Shown here: piece after piece, positions 49,462 through 63,356 of the stretch
Position numbering within the stretch: the first letter of the stretch is position 1
Layout of the letters: each line of letters begins with the position of its first letter
Source of the DNA: Marsupella aquatica
Lineage: Eukaryota; Plantae; Marchantiophyta
NCBI GenBank assembly: GCA_973895155.1
Contig: OZ316893.1
Span: forward strand, 12,354,359 to 12,418,358
Length of the DNA stretch: 64,000 nucleotides
Direction: 5' to 3'
Position numbers and translations under genes: made by a program
The notes under the pieces: generated by a model
What the model was told of the DNA's origin: nothing
The model's input: the letters and a program-made list of their open reading frames with translations, nothing else
Database searches by the model: none

Positions 49462-50150
49462 AGAGTGGCGTTGTTGTATATCTGAGTGAATCGAATGAAA
49501 GCTCTGACGGACGGAAAGAAGGGCCTAATAATAATAATGATCGAACGAACGAAGCCGAAAAGGATCCCTTGCGATGGCGTGGAGCAGCGGAATCTGAAGG
49601 GCTGACCTGACCTGTACAGCACGTCAACATAGAGCTGCTGTTCGTCGCAACGGGTGGGGCGAAGCTTCAGAGATTCAGGCCTTTCAGGGATTCAGGGATT
49701 CAGTCAGAGTCCGTGAGTGGGCCACAGATTCGCAGAATTCCGCAGCTACAGAGCGCAATCGGATCGGAGTAGCAATTTATTTAATTGCAATGCCGGACAC
49801 CGAACTGCAACGATTTTTGGTGTCCACATTGCACTCGTGTCCCTTCGTCACTGAAGGAGTGGTGGGGAAGGGAAAGTTTTGTGGGCTTGCTTGTCGAGAG
49901 TTTTGTGAGTACTTTTGTGAGTACTTTTGTGAGTACTAAAGTGTACTGTAGCGGACTAATCTAAGCATGCGCTGGGCTGGCCCTCAGCATCTCACTGCCG
50001 CGTGGCAGCTAATCTACGGTTCGTAGGATTGGGCCCACCGACTTCAAATCCAAACCAAATGTACATGCAAAAAAAACAACAACCATTTATTTAGTTAGTT
50101 ATGAAAATATCACACTCTAAGGGGGGCCTTACAAGGACTGGGATCAGGAG

Positions 50151-50470
50151 TTTCCTTTTTTTCCTATGTGTTTGAGATGTAATCCTAGCCATTCAAGAGT
50201 GTGAAAAAAGAGTGTGAAAAAAGGCTAGACTTCACTGTACATGAACTTGGGTCACGATGGGGCAAAGGTGTACTTCCTTATTTTCCTATGTGTGAGATGC
50301 AATCCTAGCCATTCAAATGTGGGAATGGGCGGACTTCACTTTACATGAACTTGGGACACAATCGGGCAATGGTGGACTTTCTTTTTATCCTATGTGTGAG
50401 ATGCTGTCCTAGCCATTCAAATGTGGGAACAGGCCAGACTTCACTTTACATGAACTTCAGGGCACAATAA
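50151..50470. repeat. ~110-120-bp tandem repeat, 3 copies
   Basis: CCTATGTGT..GAGATG...CCTAGCCATTCAA...GACTTCACT(G/T)TACATGAACTT x3. Confidence 0.85.
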
Positions 50471-53242
50471 GGCAAAACCATTGCCCAAACAAGTTAGCTG
50501 TAAGTGGGCCCCCTTGGGATCCCTTTCTTTTGTTGATGTGGACATGTTTTTTCTGTCTAAAACTTAGACCTCCTGTTGAGGTGGTCTAAAACACTGGAGC
50601 AAGTGGCCCCTTCTGTCCAGGGTATTGCATTTATACACATTTTGGCTCAGGTATTTTAACTTTGGTGTATGGATGTACCATCAACTTTGCTTTGGATGGA
50701 GAGACTGAATGGCGGCCACCACCTTCTTGTAAACCTCCTAAGAGGACAGGATCCCACAAGTAAGAGAACCAATAAGAGCCATTGTTTCTTTGCTGAGTTC
50801 TCCCTAATTTGCTGGTGCTCGGTGTCATTCGCCCAGCTTCAGTGGCCCTACCTTATTTTGTCTTGTAAAGATTTCACAGGTCAGGAACTCAATGGCCTCT
50901 GGCCCCTGTCCTTGCTTCTTCACTATGTGTGCCCCTAGGCTTACCTCACAAGGAGGTTGAGGCATAAAATTCTCAGTCAATCTTTGAGTGCCATTTGTTA
51001 AGTTAAAGGCCAAAAACAAAGGTTTGACTACATAAATATACATCACACTTCCGAAAACCAGAAGGCGCCACACAGGGAGAGACAACTCCAAGAGAAGGAG
51101 ACCCAATGAAGTGGAGAAAACAAGGTAAAAAGCCCAAGAGTCCCAAAAAGAGAGCCCTCCACAACAAAAACCCTAATGGGAGGCAAACTGAAAATCCTGG
51201 TAAAGCTATGAGGTGACCGCGTAGACATAATTAATTTCACAACTCATACAATTTCTCCACTCCTTGGGTGATTTCAGAATGACTGTGAGCAAGCTTGGCC
51301 CATGAAACATTAATTCCTCCGTCATCAAACTCACCCACTCCTTCCGTAAGAATGCAAAAGTAAGCGTTCACAATTTACAAAGGCATGAGACCCATTGATA
51401 AAGGAAGAAAATATGGGAAGAAGTAAGAGTGACCTGGTGGAAACAGGGCTGGACATAATTGGATTCTAAGGACCGTCTTGCATGTAGTAGGCCCTCAGTT
51501 TTTCTGCCTTCAAGTCTCCAAAAACTGCGGTTGGGAAAATTCATGAGGGATACCCCTTGCAATTTATGATGCTGCTATGTGTCACTGGGTCAGGCAACTA
51601 CAACTGGTGTAAAGTGAGTTAATTTGGTTTATTCAGCTTTCACAGGGTCAGGAGTTCAATCGCCAGAAAGTTTCAAGCCTTTGCCCTTCAGTCACCACTT
51701 TAATTGTTGTGAAACCTGGCTATTGAGGGGCTTCATGCATGAAATTTGCCATTTTTAATACAATGCTAGACGATCAATTTAGGGTTGCAAAAACTTATGG
51801 CCAAATACATTGAAGATAGTTCTAAACCTGGTAAATCTTCTATATGGCTTGCAGTTATCTTGCATGTAGGCCGCACAAGAGCCAGACATCAATTCTTTGG
51901 TCCTTAAAACTCCCTAAATTACAGGGAAAAAACCCTGCTATTTTATTTAGACTGTGTAGGTGTTTTGCAGGAGTTTGTACCTTCAAAAATAGGACATCAA
52001 TGGCCACAACATTTGCAAACTTTGCCCTCAGATTTCCACTTAACAAGTTGTTGAGTTTGGCTAATGCGACGGTTCAGGCATGAACTTCTCCAGCACTGAT
52101 ATGCTGCTAGACAATCAGATTAGGGCGACATGCATGAAGTTGCAGACATGACTTGCACCTACTCATATCCACTCCTATGTTGCCTAACTCCAGCATTGGG
52201 TCCTCACACGTTTATAACTGGGTTGGCATTTGGAATTTGGCCATGGATGAGGAGACCATGATGAGCATTAACGGGAGAAGTAGGGAGCGTTGGATTTAGC
52301 ATGGGCATGGGCTAGTGGCTAGACCTTTACATTCTAAAGTAAGGGATTCGTTGAACCTAGGGAGCTTAAGAAGTGATTTTGAACACACTGTTGCATATAT
52401 TCAGACTACCAAGACATTGCCGAAGCATGAGTTTGCTAAAGAAAGTGGATGTTTGCATATTGGTGTCATCAGAGCACGTGTAAATATGGGAAAATGAAAG
52501 TATTGGAAATGCAGACCCCGTGGCAGCACCTGGAATACCGTACAAGCTTGGTGGTCACAAGCATGTAAGGCATGTCTTGAATGGATATGACAATCTGTGG
52601 TTATGGCCCGAGCAAGATTGAGGTACAAAGGTGGGGGAGCTTAGATCTACACGCATGGGCATAGCTCTAAGCTTGGATACCCGTTGCACAAACAAAATCT
52701 GATGAGTGTGTCCAAGCTACTTAAGAGCGCTTATCCAAGCCCGTCAGTTGGGGCATAAGGGTGTTAACCCTTAGTTTTTGCTGATAGAAAGACTGGCACA
52801 GTTGGGGATAATGTATTTGCTTATTAGTTTACTAACAATTGTTGAACTTGAAACAAGACAACAACTAAGTTGTCCATTGCTTTATTGAGTGGGTTATGTA
52901 CCTTGGGGATATGTATGTATGTGCGGGCAGCGGAATTGAGTCTGTGCCTGGTAGCCTTGGAGAAATAAGTGTGGCTTTGTATGGAAGTTGTTGTGGGCAA
53001 CAAAGGAGTCAACTTATTCAAAGTTCTGTGTTAGATAACGCTAAGGGTTGAGCCATGTCTGATTTTCTTTATCAGAACAAGGTGGTTTAAAAAGAATAGT
53101 ATTCCTTAAAGCGGCTGCCCTGTTGCTGTTCTCTGTGCTTAAATGACTCTGCAACTTGTGTTTTCTAGTAAGTCCTCACCATTGGCAAGGAGTCTTTGAA
53201 TGTCACTGTTACCAAGTCAGTGAGAAGTAATTGCAAGTTTAG

Positions 53243-53406
53243 ATATAAGGAATAGTGTCCTTATGACAAACCTTACCATTATTGGCAATTTAGACCTAGG
53301 TTTACTAAACACCCTATGACTTGCATATAAGGAATAGTGTCCTTATGACAAACCTTACCATTTTTGGCAATTTAGACCTAGGTTTACTAAACACCCTATG
53401 ACTTGC
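53243..53406. repeat. 82-bp tandem duplication
   Basis: ATATAAGGAATAGTGTCCTTATGACAAACC...CCCTATGACTTGC x2 with 1 mismatch. Confidence 0.9.
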
Positions 53407-53407
53407 A

Positions 53408-53740
53408 CTGATTTCCCTGAGGGCCTTTGTTGTGTGCCTGTTTTGGGGCTTTCGTGTTTCCCTTGGCTTGGCGGCTGTCTTGGGTTCGCCTGGGTCCTGG
53501 TCTTTGTTTAGGGTCTTTCTTTCGTGTTGTTGGCTTGCTGCCCTGTCCTCTCTGCTGCGCCTTGTTGGGGGCCGGCGCTCTCGCCTTGGGGGGGCTTTTG
53601 GGTGCCCTGGTTTCCGGGATTTTTTCCTCCTCCCGCTGGTTTTTGCCGCGGGTGTTGTTGAATAAAAATCGGGCCCTGTTGCTTCCCCCACCCCCCCAAA
53701 AAAAAAAAACCAAAAAAAAAGGAAAGAAAGGAATAACAAT
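53408..53740 (+). mobile_element. Possible 3' fragment of a non-LTR retroelement (LINE/SINE) with an A-rich tail
   Basis: G/T-rich body, AATAAAA near 53661, then a C-run and an A-rich tail at 53698-53740. No TSD established; could also be a low-quality assembly patch. Confidence 0.35.
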
Positions 53741-56700
53741 AAAGGTGGTTTAAAAAGAACTTAGAGAAAACAAAGGCGGCAAGGTCTTGTGAGGAAGAGA
53801 AAGAGAAAGGAGAAAAGAGTCTGGAAATGATTTGATCGCTAACCCTTGTTCACGGTGAGGGCAGCACGGGCAGCTCTTATCAAAATTTATGCAATGTACC
53901 CTAATGCCTGAAAAGTTGTCATTGTGGCTATGTCATCATTGCCGTCAGGTTGCCCTTACAGAAATGTCGTTGGCACAGAAAGTGTGTCCTTGTGAAAGTG
54001 TCGTCGCTGCACAAAATCTAGGTTGTCTTGTGCACATGGTTGCAACATGAAAGTAGGGGATAGAAGTCATAAAAGGGTAGGGACGGTTGGGCCCGCAGTT
54101 GAGGCAATAGCTAGGGCAAGAGTTGGATTGGGATGGTGGGTCAAAAAGTGTCAGGTGCCAGTGCCTTGCCAGGAAAAATAAGATAAGGGGAAAGGCAAAA
54201 GCAAATTATTAAAGAAAGAAAAAAAACTCCATGCGAAAAGAAGAATACGTAGGGTGACGCAAAGAAAATTATAAAACGGGAGACAAAGATAAGTGCAACC
54301 TGAATGGGGGCCCAAACATTGTGGGAGGTAAAGTCATTTGGCCCCATGAATTTCACCCTTAACCTTACAATACAATACAGCAATATATAAAACCCAAGCC
54401 TCCTACCAACAGGATTGTTTGAAGGAAAAAAGGGAGAAAATAAAAATCTTGAATAAAGCAAAAGAATATGAAGCCCGGATGGACCCAGGGGTTTGTTCTA
54501 CTCATGGATTGCCTAAAGTTATCAGACAATTTACACCAAAATAAGAGAGACCAACTGAGTTTGGAAGGACACTTCAATATTGCTAAGGACGCCTGGAGTG
54601 GATTTTTAAATACCCAACGAACTAGGAGCTGTTGGTTTTTGGCAAAGTTATGCACTTATTTCAATAACTTTTGGATATCTACATAAATCTCAGATTTTCC
54701 AGCATGTTCTTTGACACTCAAGAAACAGACGATAGATGATGCCCCCGTCCATTACCTCCAAAGTTTGATTTTTCTGAGATCATTTGCTCCTTTTTTGATG
54801 AGCCCAAGAATGATCAATTGTTATAAACTAACTGCCAACAAATGCTTCCAGTTGTGATGAACGCTGAGTAGTTCAGAAGGAGCCATAAAATTCCATTTTT
54901 GGGAAGGACACTTCAGTTTTGTGAAGGACTCCCAGAGTTGTTTGGGCATCACGGGTGACTTACCACCCGAAGATATAAATAAAGCCAGTTAAAAATAGTC
55001 AGGAGCCCCTTGACAGGTCAGATTTCAGTCAAAACCATAAATGGTGCTACCTGAGTCTATTTAGACATTTCATACCAGTCCATCGAAGCTTTGGAAATCC
55101 ATCCAAGTTTCAGAGCAAACCCCTCCGTCCACTCCAGGTTTTATTTACGGACCCCCATTAGGGGTCCTTTGCAAAATTCCTGGCTCCATAGTGCGCCACA
55201 TCATCATGGCACGCTGCAAACAGGAAGAGACTTGTTTTTGGATAAAATTAACTTTTGCATTTGTGTTTGTGGCAAGTTTTCTGTAAAAACTGGGACGCCA
55301 TGCCATGCCGTAAAAAAGAATGTAAAAAAAAATGACATGCAAATCAAAAGACAAAAAGATTGAGGTAAAACTGCTCCCAATAACTGTTTTATTTACATTT
55401 TGATTTTATTCAAAACATAAAATTTTCTCGGTAGCAATTTTTGATTTGACATTGCTGAGTCAAATCATAATGAAAACTCACGTATAATATGGCATTAGAA
55501 AGATCTTGAAGAGACGGTCCTGATGAGCTCAGCATTGTCATCATTCGGTAAGAATTGAGTAAGTAATTTGAAAAATAAAATCTACCCGTGATTTCATAAT
55601 CTCTAACGTGAATAGAAATCTTTGTTGTACAACCCCTGACATGTTAACCCCCTCCATGAGAATGAACCTACAATTGACAGATTTTATTGAGTATTAAGGA
55701 TATTATGAATTTTAAAATTCTTTAGCTTTTTAATGAACTTAACATTGATAGATTTAGTTGAGTTCTGAGGAGATTATAAGTTTCCAATGTTCTTTAGCTT
55801 TCCAATGAGTGTAACATTGGGAGATTTTATCAGGTACTAAAGTGGTCATGAGTTTCTAAACTTCTCTAGCTTTCGATCGATTCCAAATTCCACAATTGGA
55901 GATTTGCTTCCATGAAATTTTTTGTCTTAAATGATTATGCGAGTGATTATGCAAAGTTAATGATTTGATGACACCGATGACTTCTCTCTCTTCGTCTATC
56001 TGCGTGTAGGAATTGAAAGTGATTACTTTTGATGCAACTTGAGTGCATCCAGCATCCCGTCGGTACTGTGGAAGAAACCGTCGAGCACCATTTTGCTAAA
56101 GTGGGCAATTAAGCTACCCACACATTAAACAATAGTTCACATTGCAACTGGTTTTACAAATGATGTTAATTATGGTTGCCTTGGTAAGTTTGGCAACTGT
56201 TTCAAGTGTCAAACATTGACTTGTCCATTTTTGAAATTTTTTTCTTTAGATTTGGAGGTTCATCTAGGCTTCAGTTTCTAGATAAGTGCCTCTAAAATAA
56301 CATGGGGGTCCACGGATTAATTTCAAAGAAAAGTTCTAGGAAAAACCCCAACAAAAAATCAAAGCCATCTCTTCCCACAGCACGTCTCGTTTTTCCATAC
56401 ACCGGAGTAAGGGGAAGTCAGGTACAGGTGTACCTTCATATCATAGTACTTATGTATGTCATGCATATGTACCATGTACCTTCTAATCCCTTTCCCTTGC
56501 ACACAATAAACCCCCCCTTGGACAGCTCTTTTCCGTCAATCCGAGTAGTGCCCAAACACACAATGAACACCCCTCCCCCTGGACAGCTTCTTTTAGTCAA
56601 TTCCTATAGTGCCCAAAAACAAAAGAAAACATTTGTATTTTGTTTTTTCCTATCAAGTTTGTAAAGAGATCATAGGTAGACTTTTGGCCTGATTCCCTAT

Positions 56701-57989
56701 CATTTATAAAAAGTAGATATCTCATACTCTGCTTACATAGCATTTTAGATTTAATTTAATCTATCTCCCATACACAAAGTTGAGAGACACTTGATATCGC
56801 CACAAAGACAGCTTGAGCCAAAGACTTTAAACCTAGCCCACCGCCCACTTTTGGTACCAAAAAAGTTAACAAGACTAATATTAGTCTGAGTTTTTGTGTT
56901 GCTTATGTAAGTGGGACAACTCTACTGCATGGCCGCGTGGACAGAACATCAAAACTGGCGCCAATGGAAAAATGACTCCGCTGTTGACACACTGCTTGTA
57001 GGGACTAATTATGAAATGATTGACAACAAAAAGTCTCTTGTGCTGATTTTCAACAGTACTACAGATGAGGTGAACACCACCAAAGTACTGTCTCACTCAT
57101 TGCTACAAATTTGCTAGTCTAACCTCACTGAACTTAAACCACACCTGCCACTATAAAGCTTCATTCCATGTCTCACTACTCACCATAAAAGGTGGAACAC
57201 TAGCATGTTTTGTGGAGTACTTGCCAAAAAAAGGTTTTGCAGTCAGCACCGTTTGTGGAGCTCAAAGCCATTTCTGAACTTGTACTCCTTAGAATGAGAG
57301 CTACGGGTTACCCGTAGCCCTTCATAGGGGCAGGTGTGGTTTAATGGAATGCTTCAATGCAAGAATGATGAAAGAAGTCCTGCAATTCAAGAATCTGGCA
57401 TTCAACAAGGACCTGTTGAAGTGACGCAAAGCAAAGCGAGAGCATACACAGATTACCAAGCGGGCGCACCTGGAGCACATGAGACTACTCCATCATATCT
57501 TCAAGATGCTGAATATAGACATGTTCATCGGCCTGATGAGGCTCCAAGAAAATGTTGTTGTTGACAGAAACAAGAGCAGCGACAAGGGTCTCCTCATAGA
57601 TGTTCCTGCCAGGAGGTCCCCAATGAGGACGTCTTTGCTGGGTCATCCAGCGCATTCAAAGCCCCGTGGAGATGCCATTTGCATGCTACACATATAGCAT
57701 CAACCTACTATAATACATACATTGATATGAATTCAGCCATGTTGTGAAACAGTTCACTCATGTTAAATTATTTTGTTGGGTACAACTTTGGTACATCATA
57801 TATTCAAATGTCTCTATCCACATAAATCAATACAATGGAACCTATTAAATTAAGAATCCACTGTATCTACTAATAAATTGCATAATCCATGTAATGCAAT
57901 TAATTAATCTGTCCCATCACCGAGAATAAAATCGCCCATGCACCATCTTACTAATAATTTGCAAACTAAAGTTACATTAAGGTCTACTG

Positions 57990-58540
57990 TCTAGAGTGAA
58001 GCCTATAGATTGTAACCCCCACTAAGGACAAAACTGAGAATGAGGGTGCACAAGAAAGGGAGCAAAGATGAACAAAAGTGACATTGACTCTAAATAAAAA
58101 CAAAACTGAAATGAGTATGAACAGAAAAAAGGATGAGGCAAAGATGAAGGGGAGACAACGTAGAATCTTTTTTTTGCAATACTTTTTGTTGTTGTTATGT
58201 TCATATCTACAGTATTTATGTTCTAGGAACAAGTGATTGGGGATTTTTTGTTGTTGTTATGTTCATATCTACAGTATTTATGTTCAAGGAACAAGTGATC
58301 CGGCTAATAAAGCGTGATGCAAAGTTGCTTTTTAGGACTACCGTCTAGAATGAAGCCTTTAACCGTAACTCTAATAATGGGACAAAAATGACAGTGACTA
58401 GTTAACGACAAAACTGAAAATGAGGATAATGAAGAATTTTGGGAAACAAATTTTATACAGTGATGGGGCAAAGATGAAAAAAAATAAGTAGAGGAATTTT
58501 TTTGTGCATTCTCTTTATCTTTGTTCAAGGAACAGGTAGT
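57990..58540. repeat. Diverged direct repeat (~57990-58185 vs ~58340-58535) with an internal ~62-bp tandem duplication (58183-58299)
   Basis: CTAC(T/C)GTCTAGA(G/A)TGAAGCCT and GACAAAACTGA(G/A)AATGAGG each recur. TTTTTGTTGTTGTTATGTTCATATCTACAGTATTTATGTTC(T/A)AGGAACAAGTGAT occurs twice. Confidence 0.75.
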
Positions 58541-59269
58541 TAGGCTAGTTCTGTTTAAAAAGCACAAAAAAGCACAATCACATACGGAAGGAAGGGGGGT
58601 CCATAATCTAATTTATCGCGGGGCTGGTGTGGATGGCAACTTCCTTCTAGCGACCGCCTCTCACTAACAAAGTCTCGGACCGGACATTCCCTGCACCGGG
58701 TAGGATTGCTTACAGGTCTCTTGTTGTTGGCTCAGCTCTCTGGGTGCTCATTTGTGGTACCATGGCTCCAGCGGGCATGGGTTCTCCTATCTCATCCCTC
58801 TAACAAATTGATGAACAAGTCTATAAGAAAAGCAAATTGATAAGAATACCAGGGGATTCAGTTCTCCGTAGGGTTTTTATCTTCCTAGTTACTGAGTGGG
58901 TTCTTTGTTTTTTGTCCCTTAGTTGTTGTGGAGGACCCATTCGCTTTTTCGACATCTTGTGGCTTTTGCCCCTTTCTGCCATTGGTACCCTGTCTCCGGG
59001 TTTGGCGTTTTTTTTGTACTTTGGCATGTTTTTGATACTGGCCCATCCAAAGTAAATATCGAGTACAGTTACAACATTGGCCTATCAAGGGCCTCCGTGC
59101 ATGAAGATTCCCCCTCTTCCTTATTTCAACCTCCTCCGACTGTAGATTTTTTCATTTATTGGCATATTCAAAGAGCCCTCAGTCCCTCACGGTACGATAT
59201 TCCAATCTGCCATTGAAAGCCGCCTGATTGCCGCCGGCATACAGCGTACTCTACAATATTTCTGTACAG

Positions 59270-59308
59270 CACTGGACTGGACTGGACTGGACTGGACTGG
59301 ACTGGACT
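59270..59308. repeat. (ACTGG)n microsatellite
   Basis: About 7 perfect units. Confidence 0.9.
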
Positions 59309-62300
59309 ACAGTACTGTACTTCGTTACTCGCAATTTCGCAAAAGCTAATTTGTCTTTTAACGAGATTCAATCCGTGTGGAATCTGAGATCCCGTTCTGA
59401 CGTGGGAGGTTCATCATTATCCGAATTGCAGCGTGACACGTACCTGAATTGAATCCTAGCGAAGATTCTGTTCTGGGCACCTCGGGGACTTATCTTCACA
59501 ACGTGGTATCGTCCACGTGGGACTTACGACGTATAGGTCCAACCACGTAAACAGTTGCACAATCATGATGGGCCCTTACTGTAGTCCCTCTCCTGGCCCA
59601 TTTTTGTAGAGACTGAGAATTTGTTGAAGTGGTAGAGTCCATGTTGGAGTGACCATGTATAGTTCTGACCATAAATGGTGGCACAATCCTGGACCATTTC
59701 CGCAGTCCCTATTTATTGGTCCTTTTGTTGTGGTACTCTCACGGTCCATTTGGTAGCTACTGAGAATTGTTGACGTTTAACCCTCCATGTGGGACTTACC
59801 ATGAGCTAGCCTGATCAACCTTTCCTTGAACACAAATAGAGATGAAAAAAATATTACGGATTTTTTTTTATATGCTAGGAATCATCACTTCCTTTTTGTT
59901 TACCCTCGCTTTAGGTTTTGTCCTTATTGAGAGTCATGGCTTCAATCTAGACCGTGGCCCTGAAAGTAGCTTGGTATCCCTCTTTATAAGTAAAATGACT
60001 CCAAACAAATACATTCAGTGGCACAATCATGGACCATTACCATAGTCCTTAGTTATGGGTACTTTGCTGTGGTACTCTCATGGCCCATTTTTTGTAGCTA
60101 CTGAGAAACTAAACAGTATGATATGTAATTGTGCTTTTTCTTTAGCATGCATTGGCTTGTTTACGAAATGTCAATTAGGCTGGAAGCCTCAGGCTCCCTG
60201 GCTTTTTTATTACGGTGACAGCTTTTCCTAACAATGAGATGGGCCCCAAAACTAAATGTTCCCCTAAACTAAACTCACCAACTGCTTGAAGTGTCCGACT
60301 GCCTGGCATCTCACTATGCTCAGCAACACTTCCGCTCAACATCACTTATCTCGACAATATTGTGCTATGCACGGACAGTGGGCTTGTTGTTATCTGTTAG
60401 TCCTGGTGAGGTGATGAGAAGTGTACCCTTCTTTGTTATTTTGCGATACAAAATATATGTTTTCATTTGCACAACTTGCTTTGTCCGGAGTTGTTTCCCC
60501 AATGGGGGACACTTCACATAACCCCACCATTTCCATTGTCACTGTTTGTTTTGCACTGCACATTGTTAGGCATTTGCTCTTGGGTCTTAGTTATTTTGTA
60601 GTTGTAGTTAGTCTAACACATAGTCATTACTTGATCAAGGTTAGATATGTTACTTACTATACACACAAGCAAGAGTTAGCTTGTGAATGGACCTTAGGCC
60701 CATTGTCACAGATTTGTCTGAGAGATAGGAATAGTTTGTATTGTAGGGACTTGGTGTGATTGAAGGGCCTGAAATGCAAGAAAGCATTGTTCGTTATCGT
60801 GAGCGTAGTGTTTGGAGAGGTGAGTCACTTACTTCTTGCGTTGACTAATTGCTTGTTTCATGTTTCACATGTACGAGAGTTGTAGATGGGATTGTAACTA
60901 ACCTAGGTTTGCCATTAAAATAGTGGTAGATAAGCTAATCAAATAGTGCTCGAATAGGTGACAATCTAACAAATCTCCATCCATAGCTATTTGTCAAGCA
61001 GTTCAACTCTGATATCTTCAACAGTACTGATGCAATCTTGCCACAAATTGACTGGGATGGCATATGTAGCAGCAGGGTATTGAATTCATGAACAATCTTC
61101 CTTCTGAGCTGTATGGGGCCAGGAAATGGTTAGAATTTCAAACTTTGAATCCGGGCCCCAAGTGAACTCAGAGTTTGGATTCTTCTTCATTTTGTTGTGG
61201 GTGAGGAATAGGAGTACTATCACCCACTGTTATTTACAATGACAAACTTGTTCATTATTTCTCCTTTTTCGTTACTGAGAATTTTTCCTATTGACACTCT
61301 CAATCTTTGCTTTGTCAAATTAGTTCAATTGGATTGTTCCTCTGAATTTGGCAAGCTTTCCAACTTTGCATTCAAATTATTCTCTACTTAAGTAGTATTT
61401 ATGGTCAGTATTATATATTGGGTAGGAGATTCTGCTCATATGATGAAGATAGTAGCTTGATCAATTGTAGTCCTAGTTGACCAAATCGTTTGACCTAAAT
61501 AGTCCATTGAACCAAGCATTTTCTCCTTGAAATGAATCAAGCATTTTTGAACACTCAAAAATCTATTTAACTTATTTCAAAGAGAAACTAGAGTTGGGGT
61601 TAAATCAGAGTGAAGACTCCAGACACTGACTCGGGCCCCACCAAAAGTGAGGTGTGTGGAAAGAAAGATGAGATATCATGTTATCAAAATGATGATCATG
61701 CATGATAATTTTAGTTGTAATTACTATTAGCATTCAAAGAAAGGGCATTCATGCATGTTTGGAAGGCAAACATTTATACAAAAGAAAAACATCACTTAAG
61801 AGTAAATAGTAACATATCATAGCACTCCATGCAGGTTTCAGTGGTGCATACAAGCATATTGTCAACTGTTGTTTAGGGGAGCTTCAATTTCTAAAGCTTC
61901 GACCTCATGTTTCATACATATTCATATACAGAGCCAATGACGATACAAGATAACTGATGACCTGATTCCAGAATCCAAAATCGTTCATTTATGGATTCAC
62001 AGACAGTGCATTCATTCATGGACAGTCCCTACACTATGGGAGCTTCATGAGTGTATTACCCGAGCCTCAATTTGAGAAAACACCTTGTGTACGGACTGGG
62101 GAACTACCTCAAGGACAAGCAGTTTGAGGGATTCAACTGCCAGGCAGTCCATTGACACGGGGCTTTTCCTAATAATCTCCACGTAGTCTTCAGATAAGGA
62201 TGACCAGTGGGCTCTATTCAAATTACAAGTCTTTGGAGAATTGGGACCAGTGTAATCAAGTAAGTACCATTAAATGGGTGCCCTAGAAAAACGAAGTACC

Positions 62301-63356
62301 GTTCTCTACTCGAGGAGTGTACAGGACGCCACAAGAACTCATTACAGAATGTAGAGTTACAGGGGACCAGTGCATACGAACACCTGGTGGGGGTATCTTG
62401 GTCCTCAAAGACGCATAATTTTGACATATCAACTGAGGGTAGCCTCTTTGATTACGCCTTCTCTATTTCAAGAGTACTGCAGAATAGCACTTCTAACAAT
62501 GGGGAATACTCTGCTAGAGGACAAAATTAATTTCATGACTGGATTTGTTTGACTAAAGGAAGACTAGTAAACCCAGTTTTCTGTCTTAACTAATTTTTAG
62601 ACAGCTGAAGACATTCTAAACGTCCTTTCTGAGGAAAATGACACGGATTTCCTATGATCAGCTCTGCTTTCCTGGCAGACCGCCATTCGCATAGCTGCAA
62701 GAAATTCTATTTCTTCAGAACGCATATGTACATTACCGTTGGCACGCTTAAACAATCGATGCGTCATGACTAGCAATGCAGAGTCCAAAAACACAGCATG
62801 CATAATCAATCAAAAGAACTTATTAACGAAAAGACCCACCTTCTCAGGTGTGTTCGGCAGAATTAAGAACATACTACAAATAGGGAAATGAAGTCATAAT
62901 GCAGTGTCTGTCATGACCTCAAAGCCATAAACATCCACTCTGGATGAAAAGGATTTGAAATATACCAAAATAGAAAATATTTTCATTCTGCTGTCTGTCA
63001 GACTGCCAACGCTATCTTGTAGATAGAGTTTAAGTGTCCTCATTATGCAGCGTTTGTCATAGGCTTATAGCGCAATGTCGATGTCTTGTGGAGAAAGAGC
63101 AATGGGTCTTATTGCAACAGTTACACCCAGAGAGCTCTTCCAGGATGCATTTGAACTTTAACCAATGCTGTAACAAAAACTGCTTAAATTACCCTTCCAC
63201 CAGGTTTGCAGCTGCCTCCTCGAGGAAGGTCAGCTTGATGGACATGAAGCACACGAGAAAAAGTAGTAGAACATGCATTGCATTGATTTCCACTTCAGAA
63301 TGAAATCAAACAAACAACCATTACTCTCAAGCAGGGTGCTTGAGAAAGAGTAGCTT

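Noticed and set aside
50940-52640. Possible decayed LINE or transposase fragments
   Set aside because: No RT, endonuclease or DDE motif could be identified by eye.
53314-53753. Five overlapping ORFs on both strands
   Set aside because: Low-complexity G/T-rich, homopolymer-laden sequence lacks stops by composition.
57299-57320. Perfect hairpin GCTACGGG-TTA-CCCGTAGC as a Helitron 3' end or terminator
   Set aside because: No CTRR terminus at the expected distance and no other Helitron evidence; an 8-bp stem can occur by chance.
57205-57697. Coding-like stretch after a TATA-like CTATAAA
   Set aside because: Stops break each frame examined and no family is recognisable. Possibly a decayed fragment, but unsupported.
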